Below, in pieces: positions 26,263 through 39,501 of a stretch of DNA of 64,000 nucleotides; the stretch's first letter is position 1, and the number at the start of each line of letters is the position of its first letter. The stretch is taken from the NCBI RefSeq assembly GCF_963921235.1, contig NC_086097.1, positions 246,886,001 to 246,950,000 of the forward strand. Direction: 5' to 3'. The position numbers and the translations under genes are program-made. Source of the stretch: Mobula hypostoma (Eukaryota). The notes below the pieces were generated by a model. It was given only the letters and a program-made list of their open reading frames with translations, was not told the origin of the DNA and searched no databases.

Positions 26263-26923
26263 CCTCATTATTCTTGTTTTCTTTAAACTACTTATTTTGT
26301 AATTTATAGTAACTCAATGCCTTGGACTGCACTGCAGCCACGAAACAAGTTTCATGACATACGAGTCAGTATTAATTAATCTGATTTGATACCATGCATC
26401 CTTCAAATTAAGAGAGCTTATTTGGAAAGATTACTTGCAGTTGAAAGGGAGATGTTTGTACTTCAAAGGTCAGTCATATAATTCAGCTCTTCAGCTGTTC
26501 ATTATTCATCTATATTAATCCCATTTACCACCACTTGGTTATAACCCAATGTTCCGGTGATTCAAGTACTCGTAAATACTTTGTAATGTTTTCAGACTAC
26601 CCGTCTCCACCTTCCCAACGAGTACTTCAGAATCAACAACTGAAAAACATATCTCCTCAAATCCCCTCCAAGCTTACATCTCATTTCAGACCCATGCCTT
26701 TCTCCTTTGTATAACCCCACACGCCAAAGGGAAGAAAGATCCTTACTATAGATTCCGCTCAATTTAATGTTGCTCTCGGGTCAGCCCCTCATCCTCCTCT
26801 CCTTGAGGGAAACAAATCCAGCCCTATCCAATGTCTCCCAACTGAAATGCTGGTGAATCTCCTCTGCGTCCTCTCCAGCACAATCCTCCATAGTGGTGAA
26901 CAGAACTATCCAATGCTTTATAA

Positions 26924-27667
26924 CAGGGGTCCCCAACCTTTTTTGCACCGTGGACCGGTTTAATATTGACAATATTCCTGCGGACCAGCCGACCGGGGGT
27001 GGGGGGTGGTGGTCAAGTAGGGTTAAAACTCACCTCAACATGTCTTTTACAGTTAGGGTTGCCAACTTCCTCACTCCCAAATAAGGGACAAAGGTAGCAG
27101 TCAAATCCTGGGACACTTTACCCCAGGAAAGACTACTATAACCACGATGGCTTGCGCGGGCACCTGTGTGCGCATGTGCGTACGTGCCGATTTTTCCCCT
27201 CACAAATCAGGTTTTGCCTTCATCTTCCTGACTATACTGTACATACATTATTTCTACTTTATATAGGCTGTATATTTATATCATTCTTGCTTTTACTATA
27301 TGCTAGTGTTATTTATTTTCAGTTTTATGTGTTATTTGGTATGATTTGTTAGGTTATTTTTTGGGTCTGGGAATGCTCAAAAATTTTTCCCATATAAATT
27401 AATGGTAATTGCTTTTTCGCTTCACTCCATTTCAGCATGAAAGGTTTCATAGGAACGCTCTACCTTAGCGGGGGGAAATACGGGACAAGGGCAGTCCTGT
27501 ATGGGACAAAGCAATTTAGCCCAATATATGGGATGTCCCGGCAAATACGGGACAGTTGGCAACCCTATGTTCAAGTTCAACAGGAATCAGGAAAGGTGCA
27601 GCTGACTCGTATCGTTTCCTCGCGGCCCGGTAGCACATGCTCTGCGGCCCGGTGGTGGGGACCGCTG
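26924..27667. mobile_element. hAT-type MITE containing nested elements
   Basis: TIRs CAGGGGTCCCCAAC / CAGCGGTCCCCAC, 8-bp TSD ctttataa / ttttataa. Confidence 0.8.
27018..27567. mobile_element. Inner hAT (Tip100-like) element with TAGGGTT(GCCAAC) termini, carrying a Tigger-end fragment
   Basis: TAGGGTT at 27018, TAGGGTTGCCAAC at 27054, GTTGGCAACCCTA ending 27567. TSD tggtcaag / tgttcaag. Confidence 0.7.
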
Positions 27668-28379
27668 TTTTATAAAACTGTAACACAGCATCGTTGCTCT
27701 TACATTCTATGCATGGCTGACAAAGGCAAGAGTTTCTTAAGCCTCAAATGCCAGTTAACATTTCTCCACCCAACTTTCTAGCAGATCAATACCTTGCTCC
27801 TGGTCATCTCCAAGCTTCATCATACAACAACATTCACATCCAAGTAGTCATTGCACAATATAAACAAATGTGCCAGCAATAATCCCTGAGGTACATCCAC
27901 TACCCACAAACTTTCAATCAGAAAAACAACTCCCTGTCACCACCATCTCTCCCATGAAGGTAGTTTTTTATACAACTTGCAAGTTTGTCTTCGATGTCAT
28001 GAGCTCTAACTGTTTGAACTAGCTTACCACACATGATCTTGTCTTCAAAAAAATCCTATCAAATGAAAAAGTAATTTCAGATGAACAAAGCCTTTAAAGA
28101 TTAAGATAAATCCTGACCCGTACAACTTGTTTCAGTAATGGCTCTACCATTAATCTAAGACTTCCTGGCTTGTAATTATTTGACTTGCACCTGCTGCCCT
28201 TTTTAAATAAAGGAACAGAATTTACTATCCCAAGTACCTCACCAAGCACTGGGAACTACAAACAATTGTTTATTCCAAGACAGGTTAGATCTCGGTCTTC
28301 TCAAAGTAAATGCACTCTAACACATCAACATGCCTTGCCCTGAACTCACCACCTACCATGTTCTCTTCAAAGGATTAGC

Positions 28380-28660
28380 TGAAAGATTTAAAGATTAGTT
28401 TCATTTATCACATGCACATGAAAACATAGTGAAAGGTGTTGTTTGTATCAATAATCACAGCCCGAGGATTATGTGGGGGCAGACCGCAAGTATCACCATG
28501 CTTCTGGAGCTATAACAGCATGCCCATAGCTTATCAGCCCTAATTGTACATCTTTGGAATGTGAGGGTACCCGGAGAAAATCCATGCAGTCAAGGGGAGA
28601 GTGCCCAAATTCCTTACAGACGGTGGAGGGTATCAAACCCTGGTCAGTGATTACTGGCAC
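28380..28660 (-). mobile_element. V-SINE-like element
   Basis: tctttggaatgt...cccggagaaaatccatgcagtcaaggggagag plus B-box remnant. Confidence 0.5.
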
Positions 28661-28899
28661 TGATCACTGCACACACACTATAATATAATTTTTGTTTCTT
28701 CCTCAAACCCTCAACGTCCCTTGTCACCCTGAGCTCCCGATCTTACCATTCTTGCCTTCCACTCTTTTAGCTGTTTCCTGACATCCAACATCACAATCAA
28801 GCATTACTCACTAACTAATAACCTACTTATTTTGGACCCTTTAATGTGAACAAGCAGCCACAGATTTCATTGTATGAAAGGCAAGAATGGTTGCCAGTC

Positions 28900-29250
28900 A
28901 AACCAATACGTCTCTACCAAAGGAGGTGTAAAATGCTCCTTCCCTCTTCTAGCCTGTAGGTCACCCTTGGGCAAGGTGTAGCACCTGTTTAGCACCCCCC
29001 CCCCCCACTGATCAGGGTCATGTGAAGTCATGGGAGGTGGTAGATGGTCAAATGAGCAGCTGGTGCATATCACAAGTCCTGGTTATGTGACTGCTGACAC
29101 CAGACAATCTCTGAAGTACTGATAATGGCTGGGGTCACACATCTTGTAAAGACACTGCCCAATGGCGAACCACTTCTGTAGAATGATTTGCCAAGAACAA
29201 TCATGACCATAATCACCCAGGTTATACTACATGGCACACAATGATGATAA
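28900..29250 (+). mobile_element. RTE-related non-autonomous element (family also at 40210-40390 and 41564-41930)
   Basis: Three homologous copies, AATGGCAAACCACTTC motif resembling RTE/BovB 5' regions, (ATG)n tails. Confidence 0.6.
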
Positions 29251-29856
29251 CCACTCATGCTCAGACTTCGCAACCAGAGCTCCTTAGTCCCAGTTACTTC
29301 AGGAGATTAATGATGCTCCTTCCCCCCCCCCGCCCAATACTAAGCTAAAAATGGGGATATTCCTTGATTGTAGTCATAGTTGCAGTAACACAACATAAAG
29401 CAGGACCTTCAGCCCAACTGGCCCATACCGATCAATCATAATTTCAATAAATGCTCGATCAATTGAGTAATTAAATTAAACATAAGAAAATTTGCAGATA
29501 CTGGAAATCCAAAGCAACATAAACAAAATGTCGGAACTCAGCAAGCCAGGCAGTATCTATAGAAAAGAATAAACAACTGACATTTTGGTCTGAGACCCTT
29601 CATCAGTACTGGAAAGGGAGGGGGAAGGAGTCAGACTAAGAAGGTGAGGGGAGGGGTGGAAGAAATACAGTGGTAGGTGATAGGTGAAACTGAGGAGGAA
29701 GGGGTTAAGTAAAGAGCTAGGATATTGACTGGTGAAAGAGATAAAGGGTTGGAGAAGGGGGGGAATCTGATAAGATAGGATAGAAGACTATGGAAGAAAG
29801 GGAAAGGGGGAGGGAGCACCAGAGGAAGTTGATGGGCAGGTAAGGAAATAAGGTGA

Positions 29857-32066
29857 ACAACAGGAATTCTGCAGATGCTGGAAATTCAAGCAACACACAT
29901 CAAAGTTGCTGGTGAATGCAGCAGGCCAGGCAGCATCTGTAGGAAGAGGTGCAGTCGACGTTTCAGGCCGAGACCCTTCGTCAGGACTAACTGAAGGAAG
30001 AGTGAGTAAGGGATTTGAAAGTTGGAGGGGGAGGGGGAGATCCAAAATGATAGGAGAAGACAGGAGTGGGAGGGATAGAGCCAAGAGCTGGACAGGTGAT
30101 AGGCAAAAGGGGATACGAGAGGATCATGGGACAGGAGGTCCGGGAAGAAAGACGGGGGGGGGGGACCCAGAGGATGGGCAAGAGGTATATTCAGAGGGAC
30201 AGAGGGAGAAAAAGGAGAGTGAGAGAAAGAATGTGCATAAAAATAAGTAACAGATGGGGTACGAGGGGGAGGTGGGGCCTTAGCGGAAGTTAGAGAAGTC
30301 GATGTTCATGCCATCAGGTTGGAGGCTGCCCAGATGGAATATAAGGTGTTGTTCCTCCAACCTGAGTGTGGCTTCATCTTTACATTAGAGGAGGCCGTGG
30401 GTAGACATGTCAGAATGGGAATGGGATGTGGAATGTGTGGCCACTGGGAGATCCTGCTTTCTCTAGCGGACAGAGCGTAGATGTTCAGCAAAACGGTCTC
30501 CCAGTCTGCGTCGGGTCTCGCCAATATATACAAAGCCACATCGGGAGCACTGGACGCAGTATATCACCCCAGCCGACTCACAGGTGAAGTGTTGCCTCAC
30601 CTGGAAGGACCGTTTGGGGCCCTGAATGGTGGTAAGGGAGGAAGTGTAAGGGCATGTGTAGCACTTGTTCCGCTTACACGGATAAGTGCCAGGAGGGAGA
30701 TCAGTGGGGAGGGATGGGGGGGACGAATGGACAAGGGAGTTGCGTAGGGAGCGATTCCTGCAGAATGCAGAGAGAGCGGGGGGGGAGGAAAGATGTCGTT
30801 AGTGGTGGGATCCCGTTGGAGGTGGCGGAAGTTACGGAGAATAATATGTTGGACCCGGAGGCTGGTGGGGTGGTAGGTGAAGACCAGGGGAACCCTATTC
30901 CTAGTGGGGTGGCGGGAGGATGGAGTGAGAGCAGATGTACGTGAAATGGGGGAGATGCATTTAAGAGCAGAGTTGATAGTGGAGGAAGGGAAGCCCCTTT
31001 CTTTAAAAAAGGAAGACATCTCCCTTGTCCTAGAATGAAAAGCCTCATCCTGAGAGCAGATGCGGCGGAGACGGAGGAATTGCGAGAAAGGGATGGCGTT
31101 TTTGCAAGAGACGGTGAGAAGCGGAATAGTCCAGATAGCTGTGAGAGTTAGTAGGCTTATAGTAGACATCAGTGGATAAGCTGTCTCCAGAGACAGAGAC
31201 AGAAAGATCTAGAAAGGGGAGGGAGGTGTCGGAAATGGACCAGGTAAATTTGAGGGCAGGGTGAAAGTTGGAGGCAAAGTTAATAAAGTCAACGAGTTCT
31301 GCATGCGTGCAGGAAGCAGCGCCAATGCAGTCGTCGATGTAGCGAAGGAAGAGTGGGGGACAAATACCAGAATAGGCACGGAACATAGATTTTTCCACAA
31401 AGCCAACAAAAAGGCAGGCATAGCTAGGACCCATACGGGTGCCCATAGCTACACCTTTAGTTTGGAGGAAGTGGGAGGAGTCAAAGGAGAAATTATTAAG
31501 AGCAAGGACTAATTCTGCTAGACGGAGCAGAGTGGTGGTAGAGGGGAACTGATTAGGTCTGGAATCCAAAAAGAAGTGTAGAGCTTTGAGACCTTCCTGA
31601 TGGGGGATGGAAGTATATAAGGACTGGACATTCATGGTGAAAATAAAGCGGTGGGGGCCAGGGAACTTAAAATCATCGAAAAGTTTAAGAGCGTGAGAAG
31701 TGTCACGAACATAGGTAGGAAGGGATTGAACAAGGAGGGATTAAACCGTGTCGAGGTATGCAGAAACGAGTTCGGTGGGGCAGGAGCAAGCTGAGACAAT
31801 AGGTCGGCCAGGACAGGCAGGTTTGTGGATCTTGGGTAGGAGGTAGAAACGGGAAGTGCGGGGTGTGGGAACTATAAGGTTGGTAGCAGTGGATGGGAGA
31901 TCCCCTGAGCGGATAAAGTCGGTGATGGTGTTGGAGACAATGGCCTGGTGCTCCTTAGTGGGGTCACGATTGAGGAGGTGCCTCGGCAAGGTAGAGATCA
32001 GTACGCCAGACTACAACAGCATCCCCCTTATTGGCGGGTTTAATAATAAGGTTAGGATTAGTGCGG
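29857..32066 (-). mobile_element. Young PLE nested in the older PLE
   Basis: Near-identical to 20991-23286. TSD AGGA(A/G)ATAAGGTGA (29843-29856 / 32067-32080). Confidence 0.92.
29953..29988 (-). ncRNA. Minimal type I hammerhead ribozyme
   Basis: Identical 36-nt motif to 21087-21122. Confidence 0.8.
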
Positions 32067-34189
32067 AGGAGATAAGGTGAGAGAGGGAAACAGAAATGGG
32101 GAATGGTAATGTGGATGGAGATTAACAGAAGTGCAAAAAATCAATGTTCATGCCAATGGGTTGGAGGCTATGGAATACAAGGTGTAGCTCCTCCAACTTG
32201 CCTGCCCAGGTAGGCGCATTGTTTCTGCTTGTTCCTTCCCCACCAAACTTATATCTACATACCTCGACTCTGTTTTATCCCCCGGTTCAGTCCCTTCCTA
32301 TCTACATCCATGACACTTCACATGCTCTTGATCTTCAATGACTTCAAGTTCCTGGCCCCAATTGTCTCATTTTCACTATGGATGTCCAGTCCTTATATAC
32401 CTCTATCCCCCAGCAGGAGGGCCTTAAAGCTCACCACTTCTTTCTGGACAACAGAACCAACCAGTTTCCCTCCACCACACTCTCCTCCATCTGGTGGAAC
32501 TGGTCCTCACTCTCAATAATTTCTCATTCGGCTCCTCTCACTTCCATGATCCAAGCCTTAACCAGTATCACTCCTCAACTCTTCCTACGCCACATCGACA
32601 ACTGCATTGGTCCTGCTTCCTACACCCATGCTGAGCTCATCGAATTCATCAACTTTGCCACCAACCTCCATCGAAGTCCTCAAATTTACCTGGCCCATTT
32701 CTGACACCTCCCTCCACTTTCTCGATCTGTCTATCTCTGGAGATAGTTTATCTACTGATATCTTTTATAAACCCATTGATTCTCACCACTACCTGGACTA
32801 TAACTCTTCCCACCCTGTCATTTGTAAAAATGCCATCCCATTCTCTCAGTTACTGTCTCCACCGAATCTGCTCTCAGGATGAGACTTTTCATTCCAGGTC
32901 TAATGAGATGTTGTCCTTCTTTAAAGAAAGGGGCTTTCCTTCCTCCACCATCAATGCTGCCTGCATCTTTTCCATTTCAGGCACATCTGTCCTCACCACA
33001 CTCTCCTGCTACTGCACCAGGGATATGGTTCCTTTTGTCCTCACCTACCACCCCACTAGCCTCTATATCCAGCACATAATTCCACCATCTCCAACTGGAT
33101 CTCACCACCAAGCACAGCTTTCCTTTCTCCATAAGACCGTAAGATATAGGAGAAGTAGGCCATTCAGCCCATCAAGTCTGCTCCACCATTCAATCATGGG
33201 CTGATCCAATTCTTCCAGTCATCCCCACTACCCTGCTTTTACCCCATACCCTTTGATGCCCTGGCTAATCAAGAACCTGTCTATCTCTGCCTCACATACA
33301 CCCAATGACTTGGCCTCCACGACTTCTCACAGGGATTGCTCCCTAAACGAATCCCTTGACCACTTATCCCTTCCCATCGACCTTCCTCCTGATACTTATC
33401 CTTGCAAGCAGAACAAGTGTCACACCTATCTCTACACCTCCTCCCTCACTACCATTCAAAGCCCCAAATAGTCCTTCCGGGTGAGGCGATATTTCACCTG
33501 CAAGTCTGTTGGGGGTCATCTACTGTATCCAGTGCTCCCTCCTGTACAGTGAGAACTGACATAGATTGGGAGACCGCTTTGCCGAGCACCTACACTCTGT
33601 CTGTCAGAAAAAGCAGGATCTCCTTATAACCACCCATTTCAATTCCACTTCCCATTCTGACATGTCAGGTTATGGCACCCTCTACTGTAGCAATGAGGCC
33701 ACACTCAGGTTGGAGGAGCAACAAGTTATAATCTGTCTGGGTAGCCTCCAGTCTGATGGCATTAACATAGTTTTCTCAAACTTACATTAATTGTACCCCT
33801 CCTTCTCCTTCACCTTTCCCCACTCCCATTTCCCTCTCTCACCTTATCTCCTTACCTACCCATCACCTCCCTCTGGTGCTTCTCCCCCCTTCCCTTCCTT
33901 CCATGGTCTCCTATCCTGTTCTATCAGACTCCTCCCTCCTCCAACCCTTTTTCTCTTTCACCAATCAACTTCACCCCTCCTCCTCTCCCAGTTTCACCTA
34001 TCACCTGCCACCTTGCACTTCTTCCTCTCCTCACCCCATCTTCCTACTCTGACTTCTACCCTTCATTTCCAGTCCTGAAGAAGTGTTGCGGCCCAAAATG
34101 CCAATTGTGCACTCTTTTCCATAGATGCTACTTGGCCTGCAGAGTTCTTGCAGCATTTTGTGTGTTGCAAGAGATTAAATAGCCTATTC

Positions 34190-34850
34190 CTGTTTAGAGT
34201 CATAGAGCAATATAGTACAGAATGAAGCCCTTTTGCCCAACAAGCCCATGCCGACTACAATGCCCATTCAGCTCCTACCAATTTCCTGCATACAGTTCTC
34301 ATTCCTTGAAGACCCACAACTCCACATACCCGAAGTGCTTCTCAACCACCTCCTCAGAGATCAACTCATATACCCACCCTCTACGTGAAAAAGTTGCCCC
34401 TCGAGTCCCTTTCAAATCTTTCCCCTCTCACTCTAAATCTATGGCCCCTAGTTTTGCTCTTTCCCACCCTCTTCCCATCCACCCTATCCATACCTGTCAT
34501 AATTTTAAAGATTGCAACAAGGTTGCCTCGTCATTCTCCTATATTCCAGGAATAATGACCTAGCCTGAAAAATCTCTCCCTATAAGTCAGTTTCTCTAGT
34601 CCTGGCAACATTCTTAAAAATGTGTGCACACCTTGCAATTTAACTACCTCTTTCCCCCTGTAAGAGTGACCAAAACTGTACACAGTACTCCAAGTGCAGC
34701 CTCACCAATGACTTGTATAACTATAACATAATGTCCCAAATTATACCTAGAGCCTGACTAACGGAAGCCAGCATATTAAATGCCAATTGCAACATCCTAC
34801 CTGTGACACTGCTTTCAAAGGACTATGTCCTTGTACTCCTAGGTTCCACT
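34190..34850 (-). mobile_element. CR1 3' fragment
   Basis: CR1 3' UTR and reverse complement of LVRLHLEYCVQFW. Confidence 0.7.
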
Positions 34851-35393
34851 ACACTCACTGATTTTAAGTACTCATATTCTAGAATGTTTTAGGGTCGCAC
34901 ATTACTGAAATAGGGAGAGGCTACACTATGGAAAAACCTAAAATCGAGGAGGAAAGGCATTTTAAAAACAGAGATACTATTTAACTAGAAAGTTAAGCAG
35001 GTTAACAAGTGATTAATGAATAAACAGAACTGGCTGAAAAGTAGAAGGCGGCAGAAGGCAAAGGTCTCAAGTTTCCAGAGAGTAAAACAGTAAAACATTC
35101 AAGCTGTTTAAGTCTTAAAAAAACAAAGACACTAAAGTTTTAGCAGCAGTTACGTTGGGTATTAGTACCGAGGTGGGAATAAGAGCAAGTTAGTGATGGC
35201 ATGACATAATTGAGAGAGAAATATACCTATTCCATTATACATGAAGAACGAAAACTTGTAAACCCTTTTACCCAAGCCAGCACTGAATATACCACCCAAT
35301 GTACAGCATTCCTACATATCCCCCATTTTTTCCCTTTACTCTACATTCCCATTCTCTGCCATCCCGATTTTACCACTCATCCACACTCTAGAG

Positions 35394-35430
35394 CAGGGTT
35401 CTATAGCATAAAAAAGGTTGGGAACCCCTG
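35394..35430. mobile_element. Tiny hAT MITE remnant (related ~80-bp copy at 36001-36080)
   Basis: CAGGGTT...GGTTGGGAACCCCTG with 8-bp TSD ctctagag / ctccagag. Confidence 0.6.
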
Positions 35431-35439
35431 CTCCAGAGG

Positions 35440-35625
35440 AAATTACCCAGTCAACCAAACTACCAACCTGTAATTTGGGAGGAAACCAGAGCACCCAGTG
35501 CTGTTCATGAAAGGACTATTCATGCGGTCACAAGGAGAAAGTATAAATGGTGCACAGGCCGGGACTGAGCCCAGGCCTCTGATGTTGACAGGCAATAGCT
35601 TCATCAGCTGCATTACTGTGTTTCC
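35440..35625 (-). mobile_element. V-SINE-like fragment
   Basis: gggaggaaaccagagcaccc...gcggtcacaaggagaa motif. Confidence 0.5.
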
Positions 35626-37114
35626 CAAGTTACTGTCATAGCATTGCTCAAACTAAAACAGTGCAAGAGAAACATACTTATCACAGAACACTTTCCATTT
35701 CAATTACACTGTGTGCTGAAGCGACACAGAGCCAATGAATTACTTTAAGTGCAATCATTGCTACAGCACAGGAAATAAACCCAGCAGATCGTACACAACA
35801 AGTACAATGGCTAGTACAATCTGCCTTACTGATACAGCATATTATGGCATTCACTAACTGACTTGAGAAAGTGAAAGAACAGCACAGCCCAGCTCAGTAT
35901 TGAACAGGAGAACCAGCCTAGATTTCTGCTCACATCTCTGGAAAAGGACTGGAGCTTACACCATCTCAGAACTGAGAATGCTGAGCCATCAAAATCAACA
36001 CAGGAGTTCCCAATATCTTTTATGCCATGGAGAAATTCCATTAAACGAGGGGTCCGCGGACCCCAGGTTGAGAATCCCTTACCTAGAACTTTCCAAACAA
36101 GGAACAGCTCTTGCTGGGGATATACATTCACAGTAAGGCATTTGTTTTTAATAATCATTTTGAAAAGGAATGCATTATAGAACATTACTTCAAAATATAC
36201 CAAATTGCATTAAGAAAATGACAGATGTATCATTCCCAAAAACCTTGTAAAAACACAACTTCACTTCAGGTCATCAGCATCCATTCCATCTGTTTTTGGA
36301 AAATCTTGCCAAATATACCTGGGAAGCTTGATTTATCAAATCAGACAAAGCTAAACTCAGTTACCTTATTTTAGTGTATTCTAAGTATTCCCGCAAGCCA
36401 CTTTGGAAAGGAGAATGTGCTAATTATTTTTCTTTTTAAGTTCTCAGGGTCTCGATATTTCTTTTCAGTAACATTAATGGTATAGCCTAATTAGCTGAAT
36501 TCTTAAATCAGTTTCTGGCACTGGTGAACATTTGAGTCACTGATGCTATGCACAATGCTTTCATACGCAGCAGCCCCCACTTCTAGTCATCAGTTTCCAA
36601 CTTCACAGAACTTAACAGCAGAATATCATTACTGTCACAAGATACTAGGACCTGGAAACAACCAATATAATGTTTGCTTTTTAATATGGTACACTAACAG
36701 TAAAAATATTAATTTTGAACAAATCATAAGAGGAAGTCATCTTAAGAGCAATTGAGCAGAGCACTTCTCAAAGTAGAACAATGGAATCGTTTTCTTTACA
36801 AAACTGTAAACACTGAGAATACACAATGTTTAAAAGCTCATATAAGCTTAAGAATCAAAAGAATATTTTAAATTATTTTGTCATTTTTCAGCTAGTTAAG
36901 TAACTGCTTGATGTGAAAGCACAATGTTCCCTAGTTTTTATTCTATTGCAATTATTTATTGAAAATAATTGTCCAACAAATGAAGTTAAAAGTCATATTA
37001 AATTAAAAGAGCAAAATGGTCCCTAATTAGCACAGTTCCCAATTATAATGAGAGAGCCAGGTTTATGGGGTGTGTTATTAACCTCTCTACTGGAAATTAT
37101 TTTGCTTTCATGTA

Positions 37115-38524
37115 CAGGTTTCCCCCGCTATCCGAAGGTAGAGCATTCCTATGAGTCGGTTCGTAAGCCGGAACGTCATAAAGTGAATAAGCAATTACCA
37201 TTAATATGTGGAAAATTTTTGTGCGTTCCCAGACCCAAAAAATAACCTACAAAATCATGCCAAATAACACACAGAACCTAAAATAACAGTAACATATAGT
37301 AAAAGCAGGAACGATATGATAAACACACAGCCTATATAAAGTAGAAGTACTTTTCTGCAGCACTGCCTAGCGCAGCAAAAATCTCGCGGAAGTGCTCTCG
37401 GCAGAAACACTCTCTCCAGTAACCTTTAAGCTATGAAGCTGCCAAGTCATACCAAATAACAGATAAAAATACACAGCCTGCATAAAGTAGAAATAATGTA
37501 TGTCATAGTCATACTTTATTGATCCTGGGGGAAATTGGTTAGTCCCGGGGGGGGGGGGGGGAATTGATTAATGTACAGTGTAGTTTCACTTACCAGAATC
37601 TGGAAGACTCCAATAAATTGCAGTTTCGTCACAGTTAAACACTTGCTTATACAAATAACCACCTGACACAATCGGCAATTGACTCTGATCAGGGCCGACA
37701 TTTACGTGCCGGGTGGCACCTGATTAATTAGCTTGTTTGTTTCGGCTTTTTTTCTTAAAGATGTGCTGGGTGCATTCCGACTACCGCTGCACCACTGCAT
37801 TCTTCGCGGCAATGTATTGGTCCGCGGCCAGGAGGTTAGGGACCACTTTAAATTATGATGCTGCCCTCACTTCAGAAACCGATCAAACCACCCCTGACTA
37901 CCTTTAAATTCCACTTTCGCAACACTTCCATCACCATTGTCCAGTGCTTTCTGTTTCAGCTTATTAAAAAGACTGACTGATTTCTCCCTAAGTATAAGAA
38001 AACTTAATGGAACACCATGCTTTGTACACCTATCAATTCACTCAAGCAATAGACTTTCCATTTTATCCATTATTGGGTGCCGACTAAGGGAGATCACTTT
38101 GCTACGAGCAGAACCAACAGTAACATCGGCAGCTTTCAAAATTCTTTCTCTTTGCGTATAGTGCAAATGGTGGACGCAGGCAAGTTCAACGCGCAATGTC
38201 CTTACTTCATTCACCACGATCAAAACGCTTAATTATGTCTAGTTTTACGCTAAGTGTAACACCTTTACGAGCTCTTTTAGGCTTTTATGATACCTTAGAA
38301 CTCACATTGCTACTGGATGTACAAAATAAATTGAGATAAAGCACGTGTTTAAGCAATGCCGGCTAGAATGCAGTTCCAGGGGAGGAGCTTGGCTGTTCAG
38401 GCCCACGCTACCTTTTTTCCTAACAGTGAAAACACCTTCTGTTAGTGAAAACAGGTAACTAATGTAGATCTTTCGTAACAGCGAGGTGTCGTAAAACGAA
38501 TGCTCAGAAAACGGGGGCCACCTG
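37115..38524 (-). mobile_element. Tigger/pogo (Tc1-mariner) DNA transposon, internally deleted
   Basis: TA TSDs, imperfect TIRs CAGGTTTCCCCCGCT / CAGGTGGCCCCCGTT, CENP-B-type HTH remnant MESLLLE*...EFKGSQGWFDRFLK. Confidence 0.85.
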
Positions 38525-38923
38525 TACATTATAAACAACTTGAAAACCAATGAACCTTAAGCATAAAATATCCCAAGCATTTAGGGCTAAAGGATAGAAT
38601 AGACAGTCTAGAAAAGTCAAGAGGGGCGAGGTAGACATATTATCACAGATATTAGACACAAAAAGGCACAAAGACAGAAGTTTTGTTGCCATGATATCTG
38701 AGTAGTAATAGGGAACAGGGAAAAGGCTGAGGAACTAAGTACTTTGGATCAATTTTCACAAAGGAAAACACCTGCAACATGCCAGAAAATCACTGGTCAG
38801 AGGTGAGTGTGTTGGCCATTACTAAGGTGGTGGTGCTGGGAAAGTTGAAAGGCATGAAGGTGGATAACTCAACTAGACCAGATAGACAACACCCCACTAC
38901 GGTTATTTGTGTATGCAGTTGAG

Positions 38924-39501
38924 TAAATTACACTGGGGTGGATGGGGTGTCAGGGAGGGGTAGCACCTCTGGTGGGGTAACATGTCGCGTCCTTTTCAAG
39001 GCGGTTAGTCCACCTTTGGTCCCCACCTGGCACTCAGCTCTCACCTGTGGCTCCCCGTAGCTGTTTGCATGCGACAGTGGCCACACCCCGGGCAACGGCT
39101 TCGACAAGCCGGCTAAACCAAGTGAGGGTAGCTGACAGGTCTCAAACCCTCGGTGAGATAGGGAGTTGTCTATCCCAGCATGTGAAGACAGACTCCGGCG
39201 GATTGAGCGGACGAGACCAATGTAAGGTCCAATGGTCAAGAAGGCGGTCTCTGCAAGCGTCGTGGAACGTGTAGAGCAGGACAAGACACAGAAGACGTCC
39301 TGGTCATCCACTGCGCCTAGTCCCATCTCCAGCCGTCTCGACTCTGTCTTGCCACTGGATCCAGATGGGAATTGGGAAGAGAGAGTGAGGCTGACGCTGC
39401 GCAACTCTCCCTCACTTAAATCCAAGTCACGCGCTAGTCTCGACACCATCAATAATGGTGTCGAGGTCCTCATCGACGTACAATGCACAAACAACAACAC
39501 A
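38924..39501 (+). mobile_element. Young non-autonomous RTE-like retroelement
   Basis: Perfect 11-bp TSD ATGCAGTTGAG (38913-38923 / 39502-39512), (CAA)n tail, CpG retained, no ORF. Family assignment is by resemblance only. Confidence 0.75.
38944..39126 (+). ncRNA. HDV-like self-cleaving ribozyme (predicted)
   Basis: P1 GGGGUGU/ACACCCC, P2 CUCACCUG/CAAGUGAG, P3 GGC/GCC, L3 beginning UCC, P1.1 GG, P4 CGGCUU/AAGCCG, J4/2 GCUAA, all in HDV order. Confidence 0.62.

Larger units (their letters stand above)
29480..34168 (+). mobile_element. Older PLE with an inverted 3' arm (29480-32200, interrupted) and sense body (32200-34168)
   Basis: Degenerate RT (LFLRHIDNC) and GIY-YIG on +. Inverted 3' UTR at left. 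Degenerate hammerheads near 29575-29610 and 34071-34106. CR1 tail inserted near 33129-33320. Confidence 0.8.
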
